Positions 20,680 through 31,176 of a stretch of 64,000 nt of DNA are shown piece after piece. The DNA is taken from positions 64,001 through 128,000 of the forward strand of contig CAZQQT010000007.1 of assembly GCA_964595645.1 (NCBI GenBank), in the 5' to 3' direction. The stretch's first letter is position 1. Each line of letters starts with the position of its first letter. Source of the DNA: an uncultured Thermococci archaeon. Lineage in GTDB: Archaea > Methanobacteriota_B > Thermococci > Methanofastidiosales > B48-G16. The translations under genes and the position numbers were made by a program. The notes beneath the pieces are model-generated. The model was not told the origin of the DNA. It worked only from the letters and a program-made list of their open reading frames with translations, and ran no database searches.

Positions 20680-21061
20680 ACCAAAATATGTTGAAAAGAT
20701 CGCCGAGGGTGAGAAGAAACTGGAGTTCAGAAAGGTGATCTTCAAGGACGAGAACAGGCCGGACACCATATACATATATTGCACCTCTCCTGTCAAGAAG
20801 ATAATCGGCTATTTCACCACCGGTGAGATCTTCGAGGACGACCCGGCCGAGCTCTGGGACAGGTTCCATAACCTTGCAGGTATAAGTGAAGAGGAGTTCT
20901 TCGATTACTTCTCGGGAAAGGAAAGAGGATACGCCATCGGTATCGAGGACTTCAACCAGTTCGACAACGCTATCGACCCTTACGAAGTGATCCCGGGATT
21001 CACACCACCCCAGTCCTTCTGCTATATGAACGACGATCTCCAGAGGTATCACGATGTCTGA
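20657..21061 (+). CDS. ASCH domain protein
   Basis: LLSIKPKYVEKIAEGEKKLEFRK, YCTSPVKKIIG, PPQSFCY. Confidence 0.88.
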   Translation: MNVLLSIKPKYVEKIAEGEKKLEFRKVIFKDENRPDTIYIYCTSPVKKIIGYFTTGEIFEDDPAELWDRFHNLAGISEEEFFDYFSGKERGYAIGIEDFNQFDNAIDPYEVIPGFTPPQSFCYMNDDLQRYHDV

Positions 21062-22376
21062 GTACAAGGAAGTGCAGATCGGGCCCAAGACGGTGGAGAT
21101 ACCTGTGGAGTGGGATAAAGTTAAAGTTGAAGGTATTTTCGAGATAATTAAAGGGCAAAGTTATAAAAGTAAATATTATGCTGATGAAGAGGATGGGTTT
21201 ATATTCATTAATTTAAAATGTATAAACAAGAAAGGAGGATTTAATAAAGAAGGTATAAAATTTTATCAGGGACCTTTTGCAGAGAAAAATTTTGTTGAAC
21301 CAGGAAATTTGATAATGGCCAATACAGATTTAAACCGTGACGCAGAAGTAGTAGGATATCCTCTTTATGTACCAGAATTTAATAATGAAAAAAAAATAGG
21401 AATATCTATGGATGTCTCAGTGTTAAGAAAAAAGAACAGTTGTGTAATTGATAAATATTTTTATTATTTATTTAGCAATGAGATTATTCACGGTGCAGTA
21501 CAAAATTTTGCTGAAGGATCAACTGTATTACATCTTGATTTAGATTCTGTAAAAAATTTAACAATCCCCCTCCCACCACTCCCCGAACAGCGCCGTATCG
21601 CAGAGATCTTATCTACCGTGGACGATGCCATCCAGAAGACGGATGAGGTCATCGAGAAGGCGGAGAGGTTGAAGAAGGGGCTGATGCAGGACCTGTTGAC
21701 CAAGGGGATAGGGCACGATGAGTTTAAGGAAGTGCAGATCGGGCCGAGATCTATTAAAATCCCCAAAGAATGGGATATTAAGAATTTACAACCGTCCAAT
21801 GGGATTGTAAAAAAAGTTACTGATGGATCCCATTACTCACCACCCCAAATAGAAGAGGGTGAATATCTTTACGCAACCGTTACGAACTTTAGCGATAGGG
21901 GTATAGATTATGGAACATGTAATAAAATAAATGAAGAAGAATATCTTAAGATGGTAGAAGGGGGTAATAAACCTCTGAAAGGAGATGTACTTTTCAGTAA
22001 AGATGGGACTATTGGAATCACTGATGTATATGAAGATGATGAAGATGTGGTATTACTTTCGTCCATTGCAATCATTAGGCCTATACAAAATCAAGTAAAT
22101 CCAATTTATTTGAAATATTTTCTATCTTCAAAAGAAATCGAACATCAAATACGTTCTTTTAAAAGTGGAACTGCGATTCGCCGTGTAGTTCTTAGAGATA
22201 TCAAAAAATTCAAAATTCCACTACCATCTCTACCCGAACAGCGCCGCATCGCAGAGATTCTATCAAATATCGACAGTAAAATCCAAAAAGAAAAATCCTA
22301 TAAACAAAACCTCCAGAAACTCAAAAAAGGATTGATGCAGGACCTGTTGACAGGAAAAGTGAGGGTGAATACATGA
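21054..22376 (+). CDS. hsdS: Type I R-M specificity subunit
   Basis: Two TRDs flanked by repeated EVQIGP..IP.EW and PPLPEQRRIAEILS...LKKGLMQDLLT conserved regions. Confidence 0.95.
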   Translation: MSEYKEVQIGPKTVEIPVEWDKVKVEGIFEIIKGQSYKSKYYADEEDGFIFINLKCINKKGGFNKEGIKFYQGPFAEKNFVEPGNLIMANTDLNRDAEVVGYPLYVPEFNNEKKIGISMDVSVLRKKNSCVIDKYFYYLFSNEIIHGAVQNFAEGSTVLHLDLDSVKNLTIPLPPLPEQRRIAEILSTVDDAIQKTDEVIEKAERLKKGLMQDLLTKGIGHDEFKEVQIGPRSIKIPKEWDIKNLQPSNGIVKKVTDGSHYSPPQIEEGEYLYATVTNFSDRGIDYGTCNKINEEEYLKMVEGGNKPLKGDVLFSKDGTIGITDVYEDDEDVVLLSSIAIIRPIQNQVNPIYLKYFLSSKEIEHQIRSFKSGTAIRRVVLRDIKKFKIPLPSLPEQRRIAEILSNIDSKIQKEKSYKQNLQKLKKGLMQDLLTGKVRVNT

Positions 22377-25300
22377 CACAGGATTGGACTGAGTACCACC
22401 TGACGGAGAAACCAGCATTAGATCTTCTAGAAGAGCTGGGGTATACAGTCTACGATATCAATGAGACCTTTGAACGACCGGAACGAGACTTGTTGCGAGA
22501 GGTGCTGTTACTGAACAACGTACGGTCGGCGATTCAACGAATTAACCCATGGATCTCAGAGAATAACCTCAATAAAGCGGTGAACATGATCCGTCCCACA
22601 AGAATCCGGGCCGCTGGAATGATAGAAGCCAACGAGATCACCTACACCCGACTGGTCAAGTACATCTCAGTTCCTCAGGATCTGGGAAAAGGAAAAAAGA
22701 ATCAGACGGTAAAGTACATTGATTTTGAGCATCCTGAAAACAACGAGTTCTTGGCACTGAACCAGTACAAGGTAAAAGGACACGAGAAAATAAAACCGGA
22801 CATCGTGATCTTTGTTAACGGCATTCCCATCGGCGTCATCGAGTGCAAAAACGAGACTACCTGCGATGATCCAGAGGACGATGCCATCGATCAGTTGCGA
22901 CGGTATCAGAACATTCGGTACGAGAATGAGAATGAAGGTGCAGAGCAACTGTTTTATCCTAACCAAATACTTGTAGCAGCCTGGCGGGATTCTGCCTCCT
23001 CCTGTGCCATTGGTGCACCAGCCCGACAGTTCAAAGCGTGGAAGGATCCCTATCCACACACAAAAGAAGAGATTCGATCCGTAGTCGGAAGAAACGTTAC
23101 CCTCCAAGATATACTCCTCTTCTCCCTCTTCAAAAAAGATCGTCTGCTAGATCTCATTCAGAACTTCATCGTGTTTGAACGCGCAGGAAACAAGCTCATC
23201 AAAAAACTGGCGCGGTACCAGCAGTATCGAGCAGTAACCAAAGCTGTCGAACGGATAAAGAACGCAGACACACTGATTGATCGGAGTGGTACTGTCTGGC
23301 ACACTCAGGGATCGGGGAAGTCTCTCTCCATGCTCTTTTTGGCCCTCAAACTGCGACGAATGGAAGGACTGGGAAATCCCACACTTCTCGTAGTAACAGA
23401 CAGAATCGATCTCGACGACCAGATCACCGGTACCTTCGAACGGTGCGGATTTCCAAATCCAATCCAAGCGCAAGATACAGACAATCTCAAAGAGTTGCTC
23501 AGAAGAAACGTCGGAAAAACGATTATGACGACGGTGCACAAATTCCAGGAACGTGTGAAGGAGAAATACCCTGTTCTCACTGAAGATACGAATGTGTTTG
23601 TAATGGCCGACGAGGCACACAGGACACAGTACAAAGACTTGGCGGCAAATATGCGAAGAGCCTTGCCCAACGCCTGCTACTTGGGATTCACGGGGACGCC
23701 TATCGACAAAGAAGAGAGAAGCACACTGCGGACCTTCGGATCCTATATCGACACCTACACCATCGATGAGTCCGTTGACGATGGAATGACGCTCAATATC
23801 CTTTACGAGGGAAGAATCCCTGAGTTACGAGTTGAAGGACGCGATCTCGACGATTTATTCGACAGAATATTCAAAAACTACTCCAACGAAGAGAAGAAAA
23901 AAATAAAAGAGAAGTACGCAACTGAACGAGACATTGCTGAAGCAAAATCCAGAATTGAACGGATATGTCTTGATATCATCGATCATTACGAATCAAAAAT
24001 ATATCCCCTCAAAGGACAGATAGTAACAGTGAGCAGAGAAGCAGCCGCCAGATACAAGGAAGCAATGGACAGGTTTAACGGACCTGAGTCTGCTGTGATC
24101 ATCAGCAGTGATCAGAACGATCCGCCGCTTCTCAAGAAGTACCATACATCTGCTGGTGAACGAAAGCATCTTATTGAAACATTTAAAGATCCGGAAAGTA
24201 ATCTCTGCCTCCTCATTGTCTGTGATATGCTGCTGACTGGATTTGACGCACCAGTAGAGCAGGTAATGTATTTAGACAAGCCGCTCAAAGAACATAATCT
24301 CCTGCAAGCGATTGCACGAGTGAACAGACGGTTTGAAGAGAAAAATTATGGTCTTATTGTGGACTACTATGGCGTGTTTGATTACCTCCAAGAAGCATTG
24401 GCCGTCTTCAATAAAAAGGATATAGAAAACGCTGTCACCCCCATCAAGGATGAAAAACCGAGGCTGGAGAGAACGTATAGACAGGTTATGCAGTTTTTTG
24501 AAGGAGTGGATCTTGATGACCTCGATGAGTGCATCCTAACCTTTAAAGACGAAGACAAACGACTGAAGTTCAAACGTGCTTTTAAAGCCTTTGCAAAGAG
24601 CATGGATATCGTTATGCCCGATCCAATCGCGGATCCGTACCGTGAGGATCTCAAAACACTGGGGAAAATTTACAAAGCGGTGAGAAACCACTACCGTGAC
24701 AGCTCTTTGGACATAAAGGGTGTTGGTGGGAAGGTAAAGCGGCTAATAGATGAACATATTCGCGCAACCGACATCAAAATACTCAATGAACCGGTCTCTA
24801 TTCTTGACAAAGAGGAGTTCGATCGTACTGTAGAAGAGCATGAAAATATTGAGACTAAAGCTAGTGAGATGGAACACGCAATCCGAAGTGAGATTAGTGT
24901 GAAAATGGAAGAGAACCCTGTCTTTTACCAATCGCTGAAAGAACGGTTAGAGGAAATTATCGAAAAGAGAGTCCAGGGAAGATTCACCTTTACCAAACAG
25001 TTAGAAGAAATGAGAGAGATAATCCACGAAATTCGAGATGTGAGGACAAAAGCCGAGAAGCTAGGATTGAATGAGCGAGAGTTTGCTCTCTACGAACTGC
25101 TCCTCGACGAAAGAGAACATGAACGGGTGGAGACAGTGAGTGAGAGTACGGGAGCCTACCATCCTGGTGGTCCTGAACTGCATATTAATAAAAAGGTTAG
25201 AGATTTATCCAAACAATTAATGGACGACCTTGAAGACATGAGAGTCGTGGATTGGAAGGAAAAGAAAATGATTCTAAAAGAAATGAGAAAAGTGATCAAA

Positions 25301-25387
25301 CTCACGTTGAGTGAGTACAAAGAATTCAAGAAAAATCTGGATAGCGTCACAACGAAAGTGATCAAACTCGCGAGGAATATCCTATGA
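22373..25387 (+). CDS. hsdR: Type I R-M restriction subunit
   Basis: PDIVIFVNGIP...ECK nuclease, WHTQGSGKS, DEAH, FTGTP, MLLTGFDAP, QAIARVNR. Confidence 0.96.
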   Translation: MTQDWTEYHLTEKPALDLLEELGYTVYDINETFERPERDLLREVLLLNNVRSAIQRINPWISENNLNKAVNMIRPTRIRAAGMIEANEITYTRLVKYISVPQDLGKGKKNQTVKYIDFEHPENNEFLALNQYKVKGHEKIKPDIVIFVNGIPIGVIECKNETTCDDPEDDAIDQLRRYQNIRYENENEGAEQLFYPNQILVAAWRDSASSCAIGAPARQFKAWKDPYPHTKEEIRSVVGRNVTLQDILLFSLFKKDRLLDLIQNFIVFERAGNKLIKKLARYQQYRAVTKAVERIKNADTLIDRSGTVWHTQGSGKSLSMLFLALKLRRMEGLGNPTLLVVTDRIDLDDQITGTFERCGFPNPIQAQDTDNLKELLRRNVGKTIMTTVHKFQERVKEKYPVLTEDTNVFVMADEAHRTQYKDLAANMRRALPNACYLGFTGTPIDKEERSTLRTFGSYIDTYTIDESVDDGMTLNILYEGRIPELRVEGRDLDDLFDRIFKNYSNEEKKKIKEKYATERDIAEAKSRIERICLDIIDHYESKIYPLKGQIVTVSREAAARYKEAMDRFNGPESAVIISSDQNDPPLLKKYHTSAGERKHLIETFKDPESNLCLLIVCDMLLTGFDAPVEQVMYLDKPLKEHNLLQAIARVNRRFEEKNYGLIVDYYGVFDYLQEALAVFNKKDIENAVTPIKDEKPRLERTYRQVMQFFEGVDLDDLDECILTFKDEDKRLKFKRAFKAFAKSMDIVMPDPIADPYREDLKTLGKIYKAVRNHYRDSSLDIKGVGGKVKRLIDEHIRATDIKILNEPVSILDKEEFDRTVEEHENIETKASEMEHAIRSEISVKMEENPVFYQSLKERLEEIIEKRVQGRFTFTKQLEEMREIIHEIRDVRTKAEKLGLNEREFALYELLLDEREHERVETVSESTGAYHPGGPELHINKKVRDLSKQLMDDLEDMRVVDWKEKKMILKEMRKVIKLTLSEYKEFKKNLDSVTTKVIKLARNIL

Positions 25388-26121
25388 AATCTACAGAAAA
25401 AGTCTCCCTTGGAAAAACAACAATTCACTACAAAATTGTTCGGAGTAAGAGAAAGACGTTGGGAATTAAAGTTGGACTTGAAGAAGGAGTAATTGTTAGA
25501 GCACCGACTCACTTACCGGTGGACGTTATACGAAAAAAGGTACAAGAAAAGGGGGACTGGATTCTACAAAAACTTGAAAAAATGGGTGAAATTGAGCCGA
25601 AACCAGCTCCTAAAGAATTTATGAGTGGAGAAAAATTGCCGTATTTAGGAAGAAGATATAGGTTAAAGGTTAATAAGGAAAATAATAGTTCTAAAGAAGT
25701 TGATGTGAGATTATATCGTGGTAAATTTTATATTGGCCTCAGCTCTCAGATAAACGAGAGTGAGAGAAGGACGAAAATACGGCAAGCGCTAATCAAATGG
25801 TATAGATCGCACGCACAAAAAAGAATCGCAGAAAGAGTAGAGAAGTATCAATCCAAAATTGGTGTAACGCCTGCGAAAGTAAAGGTAAAGCATCAAAAGA
25901 AACGGTGGGGGAGTTGCTCCAACAAGCGCAACCTGAACTTCAACTGGAGAATTATCATGGCCCCGATATCGCTTGTTGACTACGTGGTAGTACACGAACT
26001 TACTCATCTTAAGTACCCACATCACTCAAAAGAGTTCTGGGATACTATTGCATCAATTCTTCCTGACTATAAAGAAAGACGTGAAAGGTTAAGGGTAAAG
26101 GGAAACACGTTAGAATTTTAG
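25384..26121 (+). CDS. YgjP/DUF45 (SprT-like, M48) metal-dependent hydrolase
   Basis: RWGSCS, LNFNW, DYVVVHELTH (HExxH), HSKEFW; common hsdR neighbour. Confidence 0.9.
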   Translation: MKSTEKVSLGKTTIHYKIVRSKRKTLGIKVGLEEGVIVRAPTHLPVDVIRKKVQEKGDWILQKLEKMGEIEPKPAPKEFMSGEKLPYLGRRYRLKVNKENNSSKEVDVRLYRGKFYIGLSSQINESERRTKIRQALIKWYRSHAQKRIAERVEKYQSKIGVTPAKVKVKHQKKRWGSCSNKRNLNFNWRIIMAPISLVDYVVVHELTHLKYPHHSKEFWDTIASILPDYKERRERLRVKGNTLEF

Positions 26122-26178
26122 ATAGAGAGAATAGTATAGTAGAAGATTTATAAAGATCATCTGCGAAGAGAGAGGAGG

Positions 26179-26889
26179 GTGTGTGGTATGAAAAATTCAT
26201 TCACGCTTCGTGAACTGCCAGAAGAAGAAAGACCAAGAGAGCGTCTTCAAACTCTTGGAGTGAATTATCTCTCAATGCAAGAACTATTAGCCTTAGTAAT
26301 TGAAAGGGGAAGTAGAGGAAAGAATGTGTTGACTATTGCCCAAGAACTCCTCGCTACGTTCGGGAACCTCTCCAAAATCAAAGAAGCTTCCATAGAACAA
26401 CTTCAACAGGTCGATGGAATCGGGATTGCTACTGCATGTAAGCTAAAGGCCTCGCTAAAATTAGGTGAAAAAGCATTGATCGTGCACGAACGGTATGGAC
26501 AAAAAGTGGAATCACCGGAAAATATATTCCATTTACTTAAAAATGACCTGGGAAACAAAAAGAGAGAACATTTTAAAATAATCTTATTGAACACGAAAAA
26601 ACATATTATAGCCATTGAAAATATCTCTATCGGATCTTTAAATAGTAGCATTGCACACCCACGAGAGATATTCCGTTCTGCTATTCAACATGCAGCGGAT
26701 TCTGTAATTTTGGTGCATAATCATCCTTCGGGTGATCCTAGTCCAAGTGATGACGATATTGAGCTCACTGAAAGACTCATAAAGGTGGGAGATATTTTGG
26801 GTATAAAAGTAGTAGACCATGTGATTATCGCTGGTAAGTCCTTCGTGAACCTTCGGGGGGAGGAAGAAACTGCTGGAATATGGAAATAA
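26179..26889 (+). CDS. radC: RadC / JAB domain protein
   Basis: ERPRERL, HhH (VDGIG), HPREIF, HNHPSGDPSPSDDD, DHVII. Confidence 0.93.
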   Translation: MCGMKNSFTLRELPEEERPRERLQTLGVNYLSMQELLALVIERGSRGKNVLTIAQELLATFGNLSKIKEASIEQLQQVDGIGIATACKLKASLKLGEKALIVHERYGQKVESPENIFHLLKNDLGNKKREHFKIILLNTKKHIIAIENISIGSLNSSIAHPREIFRSAIQHAADSVILVHNHPSGDPSPSDDDIELTERLIKVGDILGIKVVDHVIIAGKSFVNLRGEEETAGIWK

Positions 26890-26934
26890 AGTATCTTAAG
26901 CTCATATCAAATCTTTGCATAGGAGTACCACAAT

Positions 26935-27174
26935 TTACTTCTCCTCTTCTATCTCCTCAAGTCGCTCCTTGTATTTCCCCATCATGGAGAGCGAGATACC
27001 AAACGCAATGGCCAGGATCATGAAGGGAATGAACGCTGCCAGCCACCACGTCGAGTCGAGCACCTCAAGTACCGCGGTAAGAAGCGCCGGAGGGAACAGT
27101 GCACCGCCCAAGATCTTGGTATATCGCCTCCAGTGAGCAAGCTGTGATCTGAGAGTTCGTTCGTCGTCATTCAT
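26935..27174 (-). CDS. Small two-TM hypothetical membrane protein
   Basis: Two hydrophobic helices, charged termini. Confidence 0.6.
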   Translation of the reverse strand: MNDDERTLRSQLAHWRRYTKILGGALFPPALLTAVLEVLDSTWWLAAFIPFMILAIAFGISLSMMGKYKERLEEIEEEK

Positions 27175-27261
27175 TATGGAGCGTATCTCACCACATCTTA
27201 AAGTAGATTGTGCCCTGGGACCATCACAACGTTTTTAAAGTGATAGACTAGAATATTATAG

Positions 27262-27630
27262 GTGACTACTCAAATGTGCTCACATACCTCACACCACAAA
27301 AAACCCGTCGATAGACGGATAGAGAGACTCCAGGAGCTGGCAAAGGCCCTCCACTGTCCCACACGGTGGAAGATCATCGCAATCCTCGGATCGGAGACGG
27401 CAACGACAAGCGAGATACGTGACGAGCTCCACACCCACGGGTACGAGATCACGCAGTCCTGTCTGTACTACCACCTCGCCGAGCTAAAAAATGCAGAACT
27501 CATCGAGGTTGCAGCGTTCGTCGAGGAAGGACAGGGAGCCCCCGAGAAGACGTGGAAACTCACCAGCGAACAAATCGTTATCGATCTGATCGAGACGGCA
27601 GGTGACGCCAATGAAGATCATCCGCGCTGA
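27262..27630 (+). CDS. ArsR-family winged-helix regulator
   Basis: ALHCPTRWKII...LYYHLAELKNAELIEV...GAPEKTWKL. Confidence 0.8.
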   Translation: MTTQMCSHTSHHKKPVDRRIERLQELAKALHCPTRWKIIAILGSETATTSEIRDELHTHGYEITQSCLYYHLAELKNAELIEVAAFVEEGQGAPEKTWKLTSEQIVIDLIETAGDANEDHPR

Positions 27631-28537
27631 ACAGCTCGACAAATCCTTCGACGGGATCCACGCCGTTGACGGCGTCTCCTTCTCGGTATCCAAGGGCGAG
27701 ATATTCGGGTTTCTCGGGCCCAACGGCGCCGGCAAAACAACGACGGTGAGGATCTTCACCGGGGTGATCACTCCCGATGTGGGAACCGCCTGGATCCACG
27801 GGAAGAACGTCAGAGAAAATCCAACCGGTGCGAAGGAGAATATCGGTATCGTCCCCGAGACGGCAAACGCCTATATCGATATGACCGGCTGGCAGAACAT
27901 GATGCTGATGGGCGAGCTCTACGGTGTCCCGAAACAGCGGAGAGAAGCACGGGCAGAGACGCTGATGGACCGTTTCGGCCTTAAAGAGCGATCCCACGAT
28001 ATCGTCAAGGGGTACAGCAAGGGGATGAAAAAGCGGCTGCTCCTGGCCATGGCCATGATCCACGACCCCTCGATACTGTTTCTCGATGAACCCATCGCCG
28101 GACTGGACGTGCAGAGCCAGCGGCTGATCAAGCAGCGAACCCGTGAACTCCACGCCCAGGGAAAAACAATATTTTTAACAACGCACAACATCCCCGTAGC
28201 CAATGAACTCTGCACCCGGGTGGCAGTGATCAACCACGGAAAAATCGCCGCCATCGACACCCCCGAGACCTTAAAAAGCGAGATGAAAGGAACGCAGTCC
28301 GTCGAGGTACGGTTCGCCTCACAGCCGCCGCAGAATATGCTGAAGGAACGCATCAGCGCAGAAAAAATCGAAATACGAGGCGATCGATACCGAATTTACA
28401 CCGCCGATCCCGTCGCCACGGTGGAAGCACTCCTCCAGCTCGCACGGAACGAAGGGAGGAAAATCCTCTCACTGCAGACGCTGGGCCCCAGCCTCGAAGA
28501 CGTCTTTGTCGAGCTCACGGAGGGTGCGCGCCCATGA
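27611..28537 (+). CDS. ABC-2 type exporter ATP-binding protein
   Basis: GPNGAGKTT, YSKGMKKRL, LFLDEP, SLEDVF; start placed at MKII after GGTGA. Confidence 0.92.
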   Translation: MKIIRAEQLDKSFDGIHAVDGVSFSVSKGEIFGFLGPNGAGKTTTVRIFTGVITPDVGTAWIHGKNVRENPTGAKENIGIVPETANAYIDMTGWQNMMLMGELYGVPKQRREARAETLMDRFGLKERSHDIVKGYSKGMKKRLLLAMAMIHDPSILFLDEPIAGLDVQSQRLIKQRTRELHAQGKTIFLTTHNIPVANELCTRVAVINHGKIAAIDTPETLKSEMKGTQSVEVRFASQPPQNMLKERISAEKIEIRGDRYRIYTADPVATVEALLQLARNEGRKILSLQTLGPSLEDVFVELTEGARP

Positions 28538-29277
28538 TCCAACTGAGCAAATCCATTGCCGTCGCCAAGAAGAACCTTCGTATTTACTACGCGAAGGGAC
28601 CGGTAGTCATCTTCGGTATGTTGTTACCCTTCTTCTTTTTCCTGGCATTCTGGATGGGGAGGGAGATGCCCGCCACCATGCTGGGCACAGGACTCGTGGG
28701 AATGGCAATCTGGTTTACCGCCACGTCCATCAGCCCGGTGATCACGCCGTGGGAAACGAGGACGAAGACGCTTGAACGGCTCGTCTCATCTCCCATCAGC
28801 CACGCCGGAATCTTACTCGGTGATGTCCTGTCCTCGGCGTTGATAGGTATCGTGATGACCGCAGCGCCGGTGCTAATCGCCCTTTTCTTTCTCGAACTGA
28901 CGATTGTCCACCCGCTCCTCCTCTTCATCGGGATTCTCCTGGCAAGCCTGTGCTTCTCGACCATCGGCGTGCTGATGGCGGCCTTCCCCACCGATACGCC
29001 TGCAGACGTGATGATGCTCTCCACGTTGGTCAAGTTCCCCATGGTCTTCATCAGCGGGATTTTCATTCCGATCCACGAGCTTCCTGCGTGGGGAACGGCG
29101 GTGGCCCATCTCTCCCCGCTGACCTACCTCACCGATCTCACCCGCCACTGTTTTGGCGGGGGTGACGCATTCTGGCCCTCACCACTCCACGATATCCTCA
29201 TCCTCATGGGATTCACCGTGCTCTTCGCGGTAGTAGCTGTGGTATCCCACAGAAAAACACTGCCGGGCAGGCTGTAA
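28534..29277 (+). CDS. ABC-2 type permease
   Basis: Six TM helices, LERLVSSP, FISGIFIP..ELP.W, SPLTY. Confidence 0.9.
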   Translation: MIQLSKSIAVAKKNLRIYYAKGPVVIFGMLLPFFFFLAFWMGREMPATMLGTGLVGMAIWFTATSISPVITPWETRTKTLERLVSSPISHAGILLGDVLSSALIGIVMTAAPVLIALFFLELTIVHPLLLFIGILLASLCFSTIGVLMAAFPTDTPADVMMLSTLVKFPMVFISGIFIPIHELPAWGTAVAHLSPLTYLTDLTRHCFGGGDAFWPSPLHDILILMGFTVLFAVVAVVSHRKTLPGRL

Positions 29278-29373
29278 TACTGCGCGAGTGTACCACGGAG
29301 CGACCTTGTTGACTGTTGAACGTGGAGAGAGGGTGCACACCATGAAACCGAGGTTTACTGAGCAGGTGATCAC

Positions 29374-31176
29374 ATGTCGAAAACGAAAAGGAAACATCCA
29401 AGAAAAAAAGGTAAGCGCACGAACACCCGCATGATCCCCACGTTGGGGAGGTTAGGCGGATACGCCCGACGCCACTGGCTGAAGATTGCCGGTGCCATGG
29501 TAGCCGTGGTGATCTCCACGGCCTTGGGGCTCGTTCCTCCCTGGCTCATCCGGTACGGCGTGGATACCATAATACTGAAAGGGAGGACGGATCGTCTCGT
29601 GATTATAGGGTTGGCAATGGTCGGTACCGCCGTACTGAAGGGGTTTTTTGACTTTGTAAAAAGTTATGTATCGGAGTACATCGCACAAACCATCATCCAT
29701 GACATCCGCGTGAACCTGTACGAACATCTCACCACCCTCTCATTTTCCTTTTACGATGAATCGAGAACAGGCGATCTCATGTCCCGGCTCACCGCCGATG
29801 CAGACTCACTTCGCCGTTTCCTGGGGAGAGTGAGTACCTACGTTTCTGAGAATATCCTGACCATCGCCGGTATTCTAGTGGTCATGATGATCTGGGACTA
29901 CCGTCTGGGAATGCTGTACCTGTTGCTCCTTCCGTTCATGGTTTTCGGAATGACCATATACGCCACCAGAGTGAGACCGATGTTTCGGAAGGTACGGCGA
30001 ACATTTGCCGCGCTGACCCATGTAGTCCAGGAAAACTTCGTTGGCATCGAGGTAATCAAGCTTTTTGGAAGAGAACGCGAGGAAGAAAAAAAGTTTCACG
30101 CACAAAACAAGCAGTACATCGACATCAATATAGAAGCAGCTAAAGTCTCAGCGTTGTGGATGCCGTATGTCCATTTTCTTATGGGGTTGGGCACCGCGTT
30201 AGTTGTGTGGTACGGCGGTCGGCTGGTCATCACCGACGTGATTTCTCTGGGGACGTTGGCAGGGTTTATCAGCTACATTGCGATGCTGCTGCGTCCTGTG
30301 AGACAGACGGGAATGATGATAAACTTCAGCAGCCAGGCTGTGGCTGCCGCCGAAAGAATATTTGAAGTGATGGACACCTCCTCGGAGATAGAAGACGCCC
30401 CCGATGCCTACGATCTACCCGCAGTGGAAGGTGAGGTAGAAGTTAACGATGTCAGTTTTTCCTACCGGGGAGGAACACAGGTGTTGAAGGATATCAACAT
30501 CCACGTAGCGCCGGGACAGACAGTGGCGATAGTGGGCCCCACCGGCGCCGGAAAAAGCACGTTGCTCCATCTCCTCCCTCGATTTTACGATCCCGACGAG
30601 GGACAGATCCTCATAGATGGACACGATATCAGGGAGGTCACACTCAACAGTTTGAGAAAACAGGTGGGGATTGTACTGCAACACACCTTTCTGTTCGGAG
30701 CCTCTATCAGAGAGAATATCTCCTACGGTAAGCCGGAAGCCCCCATGGACAAGATCATTGAATGTGCTAAAATTGCGCAGATCCATGAGTTCATTGAATC
30801 GTTGCCCCTCGGGTATGAGACGCCGATAGGAGAACGGGGCGTGAACTTATCCGGAGGGCAAAAACAGCGGTTGGCCATGGCCAGAGTGTTACTGACCGAT
30901 CCGGCGTTACTGATACTGGATGAACCCACCTCCAGTATCGATGCTGAGACAGAGGAGAGAATGCGGGAGGCCATGAAGGACGTGATTAAAGATAGAACAA
31001 CGTTTGTGATTGCACATAGACTGTGGACGGTAAAACATGCAGATAAAATTCTGGTAATTAAAAACGGCGAGATAGTAGAAAAAGGAACACATCACGAACT
31101 ACTTTCTCGTGGCGAAGGGTTCTATACGGACGTATATCAACAGGTCCTGAAAAACGAAGAGGCAGGTGAGAAATAA
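29374..31176 (+). CDS. ABC exporter (TMD+NBD), heterodimer subunit 1
   Basis: TGDLMSRLT, GPTGAGKST, LSGGQKQR, LILDEP. Confidence 0.92.
   Translation: MSKTKRKHPRKKGKRTNTRMIPTLGRLGGYARRHWLKIAGAMVAVVISTALGLVPPWLIRYGVDTIILKGRTDRLVIIGLAMVGTAVLKGFFDFVKSYVSEYIAQTIIHDIRVNLYEHLTTLSFSFYDESRTGDLMSRLTADADSLRRFLGRVSTYVSENILTIAGILVVMMIWDYRLGMLYLLLLPFMVFGMTIYATRVRPMFRKVRRTFAALTHVVQENFVGIEVIKLFGREREEEKKFHAQNKQYIDINIEAAKVSALWMPYVHFLMGLGTALVVWYGGRLVITDVISLGTLAGFISYIAMLLRPVRQTGMMINFSSQAVAAAERIFEVMDTSSEIEDAPDAYDLPAVEGEVEVNDVSFSYRGGTQVLKDINIHVAPGQTVAIVGPTGAGKSTLLHLLPRFYDPDEGQILIDGHDIREVTLNSLRKQVGIVLQHTFLFGASIRENISYGKPEAPMDKIIECAKIAQIHEFIESLPLGYETPIGERGVNLSGGQKQRLAMARVLLTDPALLILDEPTSSIDAETEERMREAMKDVIKDRTTFVIAHRLWTVKHADKILVIKNGEIVEKGTHHELLSRGEGFYTDVYQQVLKNEEAGEK

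Noticed and set aside
10000-26900. Defence island as a defined mobile element
   Set aside because: No integrase, transposase, tRNA target or flanking direct repeats found by eye.
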